DNA of 64,000 nt from Macrostomum lignano (Eukaryota), in the NCBI GenBank assembly GCA_002269645.1, contig NIVC01002734.1, positions 1 through 64,000 on the forward strand. Direction: 5' to 3'. Below the pieces are notes generated by a model. The model had not been told where the DNA came from, did not search any database, and saw nothing but the letters and a program-made list of their open reading frames with translations. Below are positions 21,804 to 34,400 of the stretch, one piece after another. Both the position numbers and the translations under genes were made by a program. Positions within the stretch are counted from its first letter, which is position 1; each line of letters begins with the position of its first letter.

Positions 21804-24800
21804 CTATGCCTGGTAAACACTTAACACTACACTGCTGGTTATTATACTCATATTTCGACCTCCAAATTAAGCCAAGCCTTTACAGTATTTAAATTTACTT
21901 TTCTGATTTACTTTTGATTTACTTCATAGATACAAGTACCATGTCATACAAAATATTTACTCAATTTTGCCCTTGCAGTTGCATATTATGAGCTGTGCAT
22001 CTTTGTGCCTGGTTTATTTTTCCATTTCTGAAACATCAAACATTGCAAAAAACCAATTCAAAAACAAAGAACATTTTCTATTTTCTACATCAGTATGTAT
22101 AAAGAATGTATCTATACATTGCTCTTTTAATGTTTCAATGCACTGTATATATATTATAAATTACATCTTACATTCTTTGCAAGTCAAAACAGTTGAAAGT
22201 TCACATTTCAGATCTGTGAAACAAAATAAAATTCATTTGAAATGAAAAAAAGTCTTGTCTTTTTTATTTACTAAGGTGAAAGAGAAGTTATTAACTTTGA
22301 GTTATTTATAAGAAAGACATCACCAGCAAAAATTAAGGTAGTGCCAATGAGTCTTGAAGTGCTAGTGTCAGCCAGCAAGCAGTTAAAGAACTGCAGTTGC
22401 TCATCTTGAATGCAGTGCACAGTAGAATAGCCTCAAAGCTTGATGTTGTCTGGTTACTAGAGCACAGCAATCTTCTGTATGTTGACAACCAAACCAATTG
22501 CCAGCACAAAACCAACCAGCCTGCCTAGCTTTTTGGGTGGCAGGCTAGGTCACTGAGTTGTGACAAGTGAGCAGGACATGGAATGCCATAATGCAATCAT
22601 TAGGTTGATCAAACATGAAGCATTCGCCAATACACAGCTAGTAGATAAGCTCAGAATGTAGGCTGAAAATCAGGCAGTGGCAATTGAGGCTTGTTGCTGG
22701 CAGCAGAAACAAAATATGTTGAAATATAAAGAATTTAATTGTTCAGGGTTAATGCAAAAATAAATATTATCAAAGGTTGTCAATTGTATTTTAATATATA
22801 AGTCAACATAAAAAAAAAGCTAATACATAAGCAAAAGGTACAAAAATTCAATTAGAAGTTTTACTACTATATGATGTAAATTTTTAGCTAAAAAAGTAAT
22901 TTAAACTTAAAATAGTACACATATAAAACTATTTTAACAAATTCCTTTTTCTTAAACTATTATTTAACATTTACCTTTTCTAACGACTAATCTATTTATT
23001 TTGTTAATTATTAATGCAAATATATTTCTTATTAACACATTTTAACCTATAAAACTTGCAATTTAATAATAATAATAATAATAATATTAAAAGTTAAATA
23101 CTAAAAAAATCTAGAATATTTCTTATAGATAGGCCTACTTAGTAAAAATGGTTAGAGCTTGTTTTTGTGCCTAGGTCTATATGACTATATTCTTGGTCCT
23201 ATATATGCAGGTCTAGCTTAAAAAACTGATAGCTTTCTAAAGACTTGAGGCCTAGGTAAAACAAGAAAAATGAAAATGGTGGGGCATATTGTAAATATTG
23301 TCCTTATATATTTAACTACATAGACAGGTCTATTAGTATAGTTACTACATTGAAATGGAATTATACCTACAATAATGGCTTAATAGTACCGTAATGCAGC
23401 ATTTTTATTGCAAATATACTTGATTTTAAAAAGGAAAAATACAAAGTTCGGCTAATGCCACTTGTGAGTATTTTGCAACTTGGGGCTTATGAAATAAAAA
23501 GAAAATAATATGAAGATGAAACTTTCAAGACACAACTACATTAAAATATAATAGAGTAACATGTTGTGCGTGCTAAATAAAAAGAATGGTTATCTTAGCT
23601 GCCTTAGATCAAATGCAATCATTGATTTTGTGATGAAAAAATGATTTGCTCCTATCTCCGCAGTGTATTTTTTCCAGGAAATCGTCCTCCTAAAAATTTA
23701 CACGATCTTTGAGTTTTACGTCCTGCTAGTCTAGAAGTCCTTGACATATTCATCAATTCATTCAATGACGATATAGGCAGATCAATGTAGGAAAACATTT
23801 AATCCTTCCAACAAATTCCAAGAAAAGTAGTTTACCGTCCTACTACTTTATTATAGTACATGGTGTACATATTGTAACTCTACAGCTACTTTAGATTTGG
23901 TACCTGGTGAAAACTGGAAAGATTTTGAAGCTGGCCATTTTGAACCATTCAGTCTAGGACGACGGAAGTAGTAAGGACTAAATGCCAATAAAAACAGTTT
24001 TCATCTTCATCCATTATTCTATAAAATAATACAACTAAACAATAAAAACTAGTAAAAGTTTCAGTCGATGAACTAACTTTTTCAAATCGACGCGTGGTAG
24101 ACTAATGTTCAAAAATACGCGTGTATTTAAAAGTGGATACCAAAAAGGGTTAAACAAATTATATTTTTTCAGTTTTAAACTACAGCTAAGCGTGGTTTAT
24201 CTCTAGCTAAAAAGAGTTATTACTAACCATTTAAACATTTTTCCTAATTTTAAATCAAGAAAGTGTTAAACAATTTGCTTTGAGTAATTTTAGCAATGTT
24301 TACAGCTGTTTTTTGACGATGTAAGCGAAAATTGTCAAGTTGCACTCTAACCCATATTCCGTGCTGCTTGTTATAGACATTGTTTATTTATATAGGACGG
24401 GAACTGAACGTCAAAGTTGTTCATTAGGCATAGTTAGATCGTGTAATTATGGACTTTTTGACCTTTCAAGTTTAGTTAAATATAAAAATAAAATATTTTA
24501 AATTTTGGATTCTTATTTTGTCTTTAGGCCTATCAGGCCATGGGTAGGCCTATAGGTTTTTTAGAGTGCTGATTTCAAATTTAATCTCTATTTCGATGTG
24601 GCTTCAACCCGAATCTATGTAGGCTGGGTAGGCCCTAGCTGAAAACTAACTACTGGGGCCTTGCTGCTGTAGCCATTACATAGGCTAAGCCACAGCATAG
24701 CCATATTGGCAAATAAATAAAGAGTTCTAGGATAGGGGCCTAAGGAAGAGATTCTTCATGGGATTGGTTTAATGGGCCTATATATAGGCTTAGGTCTAGG

Positions 24801-26113
24801 CCCCTACCTAATTTTCAAGAGGCATAGTCATACTCATAGGTTCCTAGTCATTTTGTCATCTGCCATTTTGTTATCTGGGGTGTCTGCCCAGGTGCTCACC
24901 TTGATGAGGGTCAGTTCGTCATCTTAGTTAGCATGCACTACCTGAAAAGAGTCATTTTGTCATCTACTAATCATATAAGTTCCAACTCCAAGTGAATATG
25001 TGGCAATTAAACATAGGGCCTAGGCCTATTTACTAATTTTACTTGGAATCCTAATGATCCCAGTCATTTTATTTTTGTCATCTCAATTGATAAAACCTGT
25101 CAATCAATCAGTTCTGCTTGCTGCAGCTTATAATTATTTAAAAAAATAGTTTTACACTAACTCTAATCTTAAACAGATTGATTGGTTAATGATGAAGTAT
25201 CCAGCATAACTGAATATTTAGTCACTTCATTATATTATTTTTAAAGCTATTTTGCTTCTGGTCACTTTGTCATCTAATTTGACAAAATGGAATATGACAA
25301 TCTGACCAATGACCTAGTCATAGGCCTAGTATTATAAAATATAGGGGTCTAATATAGTCTTAGATAAAATTCTTTTGAAAGTGAAGTTTAGGTTATACTT
25401 GCTAACTTGCATTATTTATTAATTCTTAGCTCTTTAGTCTTGGGGACCATAATCATGGACCACTTAGTCCAAGAACTAAAAAAACATTTAGAAAAACTAA
25501 GGAAAGGCCTATATAAAACCTATAATATAAAAACCTAAATAAAGGTATGCATTGGCAAAAATTGGGAAAATTTACTTGCACTCTTAAAAATGACAACCAT
25601 AGACAGAATCTTCTATGATGGCAACTTTTCAATGTTGCTGAATATATAAGTTATAAGACCATTATAACACTAAACCCCGATAGTAAGTAGACATTCAAGT
25701 AAAAATTCAAATATCAAAAGCATTAAAAACTTCGGTTTTTCAAATATTTGACCTACTAACAATTGGTAAAAATTTTATATATTAATTTACCAAATGAATT
25801 TGAATCAATTGGGCTCATTAGCTACTATCCCCTATCTGCAACTGTGCCACTTAGTGTTATATAAAATAAAACAAATAAGATCAAAGCAATTTAGGATAGG
25901 GGGTCTATTAATAAATTTTAGGTTAGCTTTTTAACTCCCCATGCACCAAGGCCTACTTTTCTATCAATGATAATAAAATTCAGCCAACCCTACATATTGT
26001 GAGCCCACCATGCAAAGGGTCATAAAACTCCTTTAGCTTTTTTGCAATAAATTTACATCCTACATTATACATATATATATAAATCCATTAATCCAAATGA
26101 TATGCAATATAAC

Positions 26114-26411
26114 CATACATGCGCAACAGTCGGCCGAGTCGGCCGATCTGGCCAACCAATTTGGCGGCCAACCAAGGAAGTTGCAAAAATGCCCACCCGA
26201 AAAAATAATCAAGTAGTAGTACTAAGTAGCTGACGAGGCATTTTGGCTTAATAAGACAGTCATAGTTACTCCTGCCGTTTACCCAAAGTTGCGTTAATTT
26301 TGCTTTAGGGTTTTTTTACATGTAAGTCGCATTTTTGGCCAAAAACTATGTCGCATTTTTGTTAAAACTAAGTCGCATGGCCGACCAAATTTCAGAGGTT
26401 GCGCATGTATG
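26114..26411. mobile_element. 298-bp MITE with perfect 14-bp TIRs and 8-bp TSD
   Basis: TIR CATACATGCGCAAC...GTTGCGCATGTATG; TSD AATATAAC at 26106-26113 and 26412-26419. Interior unrelated to the two palindromic copies. Confidence 0.92.
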
Positions 26412-28414
26412 AATATAACTGATATATTGCAGGCTGCTACAATACTATAATAAACATACATACAAGCATACATGAATAGTACATGTATATGACCTTGCTT
26501 TGAGCAGTATTTTAAGTATCAAAAATGTCAAAATGTGTTGGCAAAAGTTATATAGGGTTTACATAGTCAACTATTTAAAACAAAATTAAAAACAAATGCT
26601 TCATTTATTGTATTCTATACTTTTTGATTTTTGTTTGAAAGTTTTATAATATTAAACTGTATGTTTTAAAATAAAGTAATAGCCCTAAAATTTTTTATAG
26701 CTCGTACTAGCTATACTATTCTTAATTTTATATTAGATTAAAATTATGTTTGGTTAAAATTGTATTCCAGGTAAGTGACAAAAGTAAAAATGTATGCCAG
26801 TGTCACCAGTGTGTATGCCAAGTTTGTAAGCCATAATTTTTTGTATGCCAGATTGTATTCTAGCCCAAGTATAACATAGCAAATATATGCCAAAGAAATC
26901 CATTGTGTAGGCTATCTTCCTGACTATGCTATGGCCTATGTATTAAAGGGTATAGGATGCTATTAGAGAGTGTAAGTAAAACATGTTCTATATTAAATGC
27001 AATTAAAACCACTCATGTTATTGTTGGAGATAAGTTAAAATTTAATGATTGTTTGCTAGAGAAAAGATTGGCATTGGCCATTTGCACCTTTTAGTTTAAT
27101 TGTATATATTTTGTAGGATAGTAAACAAGTTGGCTATATTGGTATCAACAATGGAAAGATAGAGGGCCAGTAAACCATGTGACCATTTAACTAAGTTGGC
27201 AAATAATCAATGATATAGTGCTTAAATCTTGCTAACTAATTCATATTGCAGCCAATGGCCATTATTGGGGATAGCATTTACAAATAAAGCATTTGCCATC
27301 CTAAGCTAAGGGTGCATATGAGCTCATTTTTTTGTCTATGCCATGTAAAACAATTGTTACAAAAAATATTAATTTATTATTTATTTTTAAATCAGTTTAT
27401 AACTTGTTATAAAGATTAGTTGTCATTATGTATTGTGCATGTAAATAAATCTAAAGATAGACAGAAAGCTTACAGTAGAAAATGACACATGAAAAATAAA
27501 ATTGTCAATGCAAAGTTTGTTTAGAAAAATGGAACTGTTTTGTTGCTTTATTAATTAACTATAGTTTGCTTAATCATGATCCCAGTCATAACTACAGAAG
27601 AGTAGTAATGTTTTAAAAAGTTTTTCTTTCACATTACTAAATATTTCAAGTATGATTTAGCAAGTTTAGGAGTGTAATTACCTATTAGTTAATTATTAGT
27701 TATTTATTTATTATTTAGCTAATTCAATTATTAGTTTAAAGTTGATACAAAGGGTTTGAAACAAATGCCAAAAAGTGGAGCATACAAAACAAGAGCAAGG
27801 CAACAATTTAAATTGGCGGGGAATTCCAATTTATTTAAAACTCAGATGACTATCAAAAATTATAAAAGTAACCAAGACTTAAATTAATAAAGCTTAAAGT
27901 ATATTTAAAACAATTATATTGAATTAACAGTTGGAGAACCTTGCAATTTAATTTAGTACAATTAATTTTAAATAATAAAAAGTCAGATAGAAACTAAAAA
28001 TTAAAGATGCTAACAACATCATTACATCTAGTACATTAGAATAAAAAGCTAAAAGTGGGTTTGTAGAAAGTGATCAGTTAAATTGTTTCAAAGAGGCAGA
28101 TCATCATTTGTAAGTCTATGAGCCCAGTAATAACATCCTAGTCATAATGGAGTTGTTTCCTAAGTCCTAATTTTTCAACAATTGAAAGTTGAAAATTTAG
28201 TTTTATTTCATCCTTATCTTTAATGCATTCAATAGAAGAGATCTTTATTGTTCTTTAGATCTTAAAGACATTATAAAATCATAAATTGGCTTGTCGTGCA
28301 TGGATATTCCTTATAAAGCAATAATTAGTTTTTTTTCTTGGAATTAGCCATCTGTTAGGCTCTCATTTCTGCTCCCAAAACATCCCACCAACTTCAGCTG
28401 GTCTCATTCGTATC

Positions 28415-31400
28415 ATGTCAGCAGCAGACGATGAGGTCTGGAAAAACAATTTGAGTCAGCGTATGCGAGAAATTTTCGGCGATCATAAATCAGTTATTGA
28501 CAGGTGCAGCGCTAATAATGTTACTATTGATGAAGTTTATCCTGGCGCGGCGCCGAAGCTTAGTCCGAAGCAGCTGCCCCCGCCTCAGCAACTGAGCAGG
28601 TAGTCAGGCAGTAATCAACTGCCTGCTCAGCAGCGCCCCGCCCAGTCTCATACCAGCTGCTCATCTGATCTGCTCCAATGGCCGCTGTTCACGTCTACTG
28701 ACAGGTGATAATTATTTGCATTCTTGAAAGGGATTTGGCTTAAATAAAAAATTACATTATTTAGACTAATTTGGATTGCTCTAGGCTATTCAGTGTGACC
28801 ATTTATTATTTTTTGTGCCTGGCACTTCTCTTCATATCCCTCTCCGCTTCGGCCCTCTAATTCCCTCATTTTATTTTCACCCTCTGTCTCAGTCTTCCTA
28901 ATCGTAACTCTCTTTACTTGTCTCACAGTGCCTCTAGAATAGAGGGTATCTATCTCCCCTCCCTTCTCCTTATCTCCCCCCTCTCCTTATCTCCCCCCTC
29001 TCCTTATCACCCCTTCTCCTTATCTCCCCACCCCTCTCCTTATCTCCCCTCCCTTCTCCTTATCTCCCCTCCCTTTCTCTTTATCTCCCCTCCCCCTGTC
29101 TATCCTTCTGTACTAATCGCAATGCTAGAACTGCTCAATTATTTTCTTTCTCTAATAGCCAAAAACGCGGAAGCAGGACCCTCACAATTTGGAATTGCTT
29201 AGACACAAAGAGAATTTATTTATTTAAGCAAGATCTTTTCATCGGACACCTGCGAGAATTTTTTTCGTTTTTAATTTATAAAAAACGAAAATATCTTTCT
29301 TAGAAGAGAAGTGCTAGCGCATAAACATAAGATACGCAAATTATGTCACTGCCAGTTCTTTTTTTGGCCGCATGAGTGTAGTTTAAGTAAGCTAATATAT
29401 GTATAACTCCGCTGTCTAGTTGTTGACTACAATCTTGCAGTTTGCAGATTAACTACGGAGAGAAGAGTGAGAAAGGCCAAGGGTAGAGCACAGATTGTGG
29501 TGGCCTCAGTTACAGGGCTCGCGCATAAATTTATAGTTGCATTTTTTTCTCGTCTCGTTGTTAAATAAAGTAAGGAAACATAAAGAGACTATAGGCAGTT
29601 GAATGTAAGCGTACAGTAGTCCGCTTCTGTACAGTGGTAAGTGTACTCTCTTAATAAATATTCTTTTATTCGTATCTACCTAATCCACAGTGGTGAGACT
29701 GTCACTTAATTCATTCAATACTTGAAATGCTTTTTCTTCTTCTAAAGTCAATTAAAACAACAACATGCTTTTTATAAAGGAACTGTATTCTGTTTAGTTG
29801 AAAAATGGTAAAGTGTAATTCAATGTGGGTAGATTAACAAAAAAGTTTATTACTTTATGTAGTAAAGCATAAAGACATAAAAAAACGTGCGCTGGTGACT
29901 GCGCACTCTGGTACTGCCTCTGCTAACTTGTCCGTTTTAAAAAATTCAACTTTTTAATACTGTTCTTAATTGCTTGCTTTTGATTTCCTGTTGTGCTCTG
30001 AAACTTTGTGTAAGAAGTATTCATGAAGTTGCTTAAGGAGCTGGTGGTCACGGCCATCTTAGTGGACTAATACGAAGGTTGCTGAAGTGCCTCTGAAGGA
30101 TCATGGAAAGGGTAGCTAAGGTACCCCTAAAGGATCATGGAAAGGGTAGCTAAGGTGCCCCTAAAGGATCATGGAAAGGGTAGCTGAGGTGCCCCTAAAG
30201 GATCATGGAAAGGGTAGCTAAGGTGCCCCTAAAGGATCATGGAAAGAGTAGCTAAGGTGCCCCTATAGGATCATGGAAAGGGTAGCTAAGGTGCCCCTAA
30301 AGGATCATGGAAAGGGTAGCTGAGGTTCCCCTAAAAGATCACGAGCAACTCATCGTCTGCTTTCGGTAGTGCAGCGTTCACACAGTAAAGCCCCTTCACC
30401 CACGTAATTCCCGTCCTTCATATGCAGGCGTCCCGGCACCGGTAGTGCAGCGGAGGCACGTTCCAGCACGAGTTGCTCAACATCCAGCGCTCTGTGCTCG
30501 TCTTCTACCGCAACTAGAACTGTCTCGTCTCATTCCGCTTCAACCTCAGCGTCAGTTTCCGCCAATTCAATTGCCAAAACTGCCTCATCATCATCATCAG
30601 CTTTGTTGTCGGGGTCGTCCTATTCGAAAAGTTCGAATCGTTGCCAAGCGGTTAACGAGGACGGGCCGGGGAACAGCAACCCGGTTAGCGGCAGCATCAG
30701 CGCCTGGGTGACCGGCCGGGCACTTCAAGCCGGCGCCAGCGGCGATAAGCGGCAAGATGCGCAGTCAGACAGCACTCCAGATCTGCCGCAGCAGCACCGT
30801 AAGAAGCAAAAGCATCGTCGAAAAATCCCGTCTCCGTTAGCAACGGCAGCAAGGACGCACCAAGCGTGCAGAAATGCTTGAACTTTTTTCGTCGCGCGGT
30901 CCACTTAATTGGCGGCGACGGGCCGGCCCTCGAACCGCTAGACGGCGTTCGGCGGCACCCGAACCCGGATGTGGACTCCGCTGATGACGCCACCATACCT
31001 TGCGTCTCTCCTCTGGTCGATTCGCGCGCCGCCACGCCGATCGACTCCAGTCTGGAGGCTGCTTAAATCGAGCGAGCAAAAGCTACAGTTAAATCAAACA
31101 ATAAATTGCAAATCTTCCAGTCTTTGTTTGGCGACGAAGAGCTGCCAGCTTCGCCGCCGCCGCCGCCACCTCCGCCGCCGCCGCTGCCGTCCGCGACGTC
31201 GCAGCAATTGATTACAGAAGCGGAAGTCATCAAAAAGAAGAAGCCAGCAGTTGAGCGTCGACTAAGCGTCGAATCGGAGAGCGGCTACGGGTCGTTTACT
31301 CAGTACGAAACTTTTCCTTATTCGTCCGGCACGATTGACAGCGTTGGCGGCGGCAACGGCGTCAGCGGAGCGTCGCCACCTTGGGATTCGTTGTGCGCCG

Positions 31401-34400
31401 ATTTTCTCAGCCAGACAGATTCGCCGCTGCCCGAGGCTCCGGCAGTGAAATGCGAAGATTCGTCCCCAGCAACGCGTGGACAATCGCCAAGGCAGTGGCC
31501 GAGCGACAGGTCGTTGTCGAGCTGGGACCGACGTCGGGATCGTTCGCAGTCTAGAGGTTCGCGGCATAATTCTGGCAGGGAATCCCGGGCGTTTCAACGC
31601 GACCATCGTTCCAGAGAGTCGCGTCGAGATTATCAAAGCCATCGCCGAGACGATTCCTGGGAATGGGAATTCCGCCGGGGTAATTCCCGACGTCGAGAGT
31701 CCGGCGATTCGCGTCGCGGTGAATCCCGGGAATTTCGAAGAGACGATTCTAGAGATTCAAGGGAATTCCGTCGCCGTGAATCCCGGGAATTCCAACGAGG
31801 TGAATCCCGGGAATTCCAACGGAGGGAATCCCGGGAATTCCAACCAAGGGAATCCCGGGAATTTCGAGGTGAATCCCGGGAATTCCACCAAAGTGAATCC
31901 CGGAAATTCCAACAAGGAGAATCCCGGGAATTCCAACGAAGAGAATCCCGGGAATTCCAACGAGGAGAATCCAGGAAATTCCAACGTCGGGACTCCCGAT
32001 TCGATTCGGCGCGCCGCGGCTGGCAAGATGACGAAGTTGAACAGCCAATGTCGCCGCCTTCGGCGACAAGCGAGCCCGATTGAGCCAGCCGCCTCTGCAC
32101 GCTGGCGGCCTGCTGCTCCGCGTACCAGTTTAAATGCTATTGTTCAACAACTGCAGCAGCGGCCGCGCGTCGTCGCGTTCGCCGCCGCGTAGACAAAAGC
32201 GCGAACAGCGCGCCACCCAGACCGAGGAGGCGCCGCCGCCAAGTCGGCCGACAGCTGCCGTGCCGCCGGTGCAAATCGCCGCAGATTCCGGCGCTGGCGC
32301 CTCGTCGAATGGAGCTTCCAATCTGTTGTTGAACTCGGCTGCTGCTCAGCCTCTGTCATCAACTGCTGCTGTTCCTGTCACCCTGCCCAGCACACTGGAG
32401 CGTCAGTGGCTTGCTGAATCTTTCGAATCCCTGTTCCGTCGGGCTCGCGATCTCAAACAGCGCGTCGATGCCGCTATTCGAGGTCGCCGACCTACGACTG
32501 GCAATTTGGCTGGCAACTCTTCGACCACAGCTGCGTCGGCAGGTGCCGATGTGGACTCGAACGCTAAGCGGCATTTCCTATTGGCTAGCGTGCTGTTCCT
32601 TGCTGGTTGCTGGGCCGTTGAAGAGCGTCGCAGTCCAGGCTCTGACAATGGCAGCACTAAGCGAACTTATCACGAGATATCGCAATTTATTCGACATTTT
32701 ATTCGGGTATTTCACGAGCGCCACGGCGGCAGTCCGGTTTCTAATTCAACGTCTAATTCCGGGTCGGGTTCGGTTGCTGTCGGTGGCTCCAAGGCCAGCG
32801 GCTGTTTGGTTGAACTGTGCTTCCTAATGCTTAAATCTATTGTGGATTACAGACAGTTCTGCTGCTATAGGTGAGGCTGTTATTCATTAGCTTCTGTATT
32901 CAATGCTTCAATTTTCCAAATCCCAGTTCCCGAATCCCCAATCCCAGTTCCCGAATTCCATATTCCAGTTCCCGAATCTCAAATCCCAAATCCCAGTTCC
33001 CGAATCCCCAATCCCAGTTCCCGAATCCCCAATCCCAGTTCCCGAATTCCATATTCCAGTTCCCGAATCTCAAATCCCAAATCCCAGTTCCCGAATCCCC
33101 AATCCCAGTTCCCGAATTCCATATTCCAGTTCCCGAATCTCAAATCCCAGCTCTCAAATCCCAAATCCCAGTTTCTTAATCCCAAATCCCAGTTCCTGAA
33201 TCCCAAATCCCAGCTCTCAAATCCCAAATCCCAGTTCTCGAATCCCAAATCCTAGTTCCTGAATCTTAAATCCTAATTCCTGGATCCTAAATCCCAGTAC
33301 CTCAATCCCAAATCTCAGTTCCCGAATCCCAAATCCCAGTTCCCGAATACCAATTCCCAGTTTTTTAATCCCAAATCCCAATTCCCGAATCCTAAATCCC
33401 AGTTCCCGAATCCCAAGTCCCCATTCCCGAATCTAAAATCCCAGTTTCTTAATCCCAAATCCCAGTTACTTAATCCCAAATCTCAGTTCCTGAATCCCAA
33501 ATCCCAGTTCCTGAATCCCTAATCCCAGTTCCCGAATCCCACATCCCAGTTCCCGAATCCTAAATCCCAGTTCCTGAATCCCAAATCCAAGTTCCGGAAT
33601 CCCATATCCCGCTTCCCCAGTACCTAGTCTGGACCGCAAGATATCTGGATAATATAAATTGTTTTGGTAGTTTCCGTAGGAACTGCATGATCTGTCTTAA
33701 AAAAAAACTCAGAGCAGCACTGTACAGACCTAGCCAAAAAAATTCTGATTAGATTGGCAGTTTTTTCTTATTTCTGCCCAAACTGTGCCTGGGTGGGGAA
33801 AGAAAGATTTCCGGTTCGAAAATCGAAATCTTGTTTTTTGCCTTGGCCCTCCTAATCAGTCAGCTAGTAACTGGCGACTTTCAAAAAGTGCGATACATTT
33901 TACACAGTTCTTATTTTTTATGACTAGTAGTGAAGCATTAAGCTGCGCACGGCTGTTCAGTCCAAGGATTTGTTGGGGAGGGGGGGTGGGTCGCCGCACA
34001 CACCCTCAATCACCCCAGAGTCACCCCGATGCAAGCAATGGAGAGTTAAGTGTCTTGCTCAAGGATACAAATAATTCCAAGTGGTTTAGAATCGAACCCC
34101 CGACCTTTTAGAGTCGTGAGTTCGACTCTCTAAACACTAGGCTAAAACCTCTGCAATCCCCCTCAGATCCTTCAAGGACCTCTTCAATCCCCACAGATCC
34201 TTCAGGGACCTCTGCAATCCCCTCAGATCCTTCAGGGACCTCTGCAATCCCCTCAGATCCTTCAGGGACCTCTGCAATCCCCCTCAGATCCTTCAGGGAC
34301 CTCTGCAATCCCCTCAGATCCTTCAGGGACCTCTGCAATCCCCTCAGATCCTTCAGGGACCTCTGTAATCCCCCTCAGATCCTTCAGGGACCTCTGCAAT

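Larger units (their letters stand above)
18890..23743. mobile_element. Foldback-type DNA transposon with ~520-bp TIRs and 8-bp TSD (non-autonomous; P or hAT superfamily likely)
   Basis: 18890-19413 is the near-perfect reverse complement of 23221-23743 (termini CAAGGACTTCTAG...CTAGAAGTCCTTG). Direct repeat ACATATTC at 18882-18889 and 23744-23751. No intact transposase ORF inside. Confidence 0.92.

Noticed and set aside
34085-34150. Functional tRNA gene (also 59893-59965)
   Set aside because: No canonical 5-bp stem with 7-nt anticodon loop and no convincing acceptor stem; followed by SINE-like body sequence.
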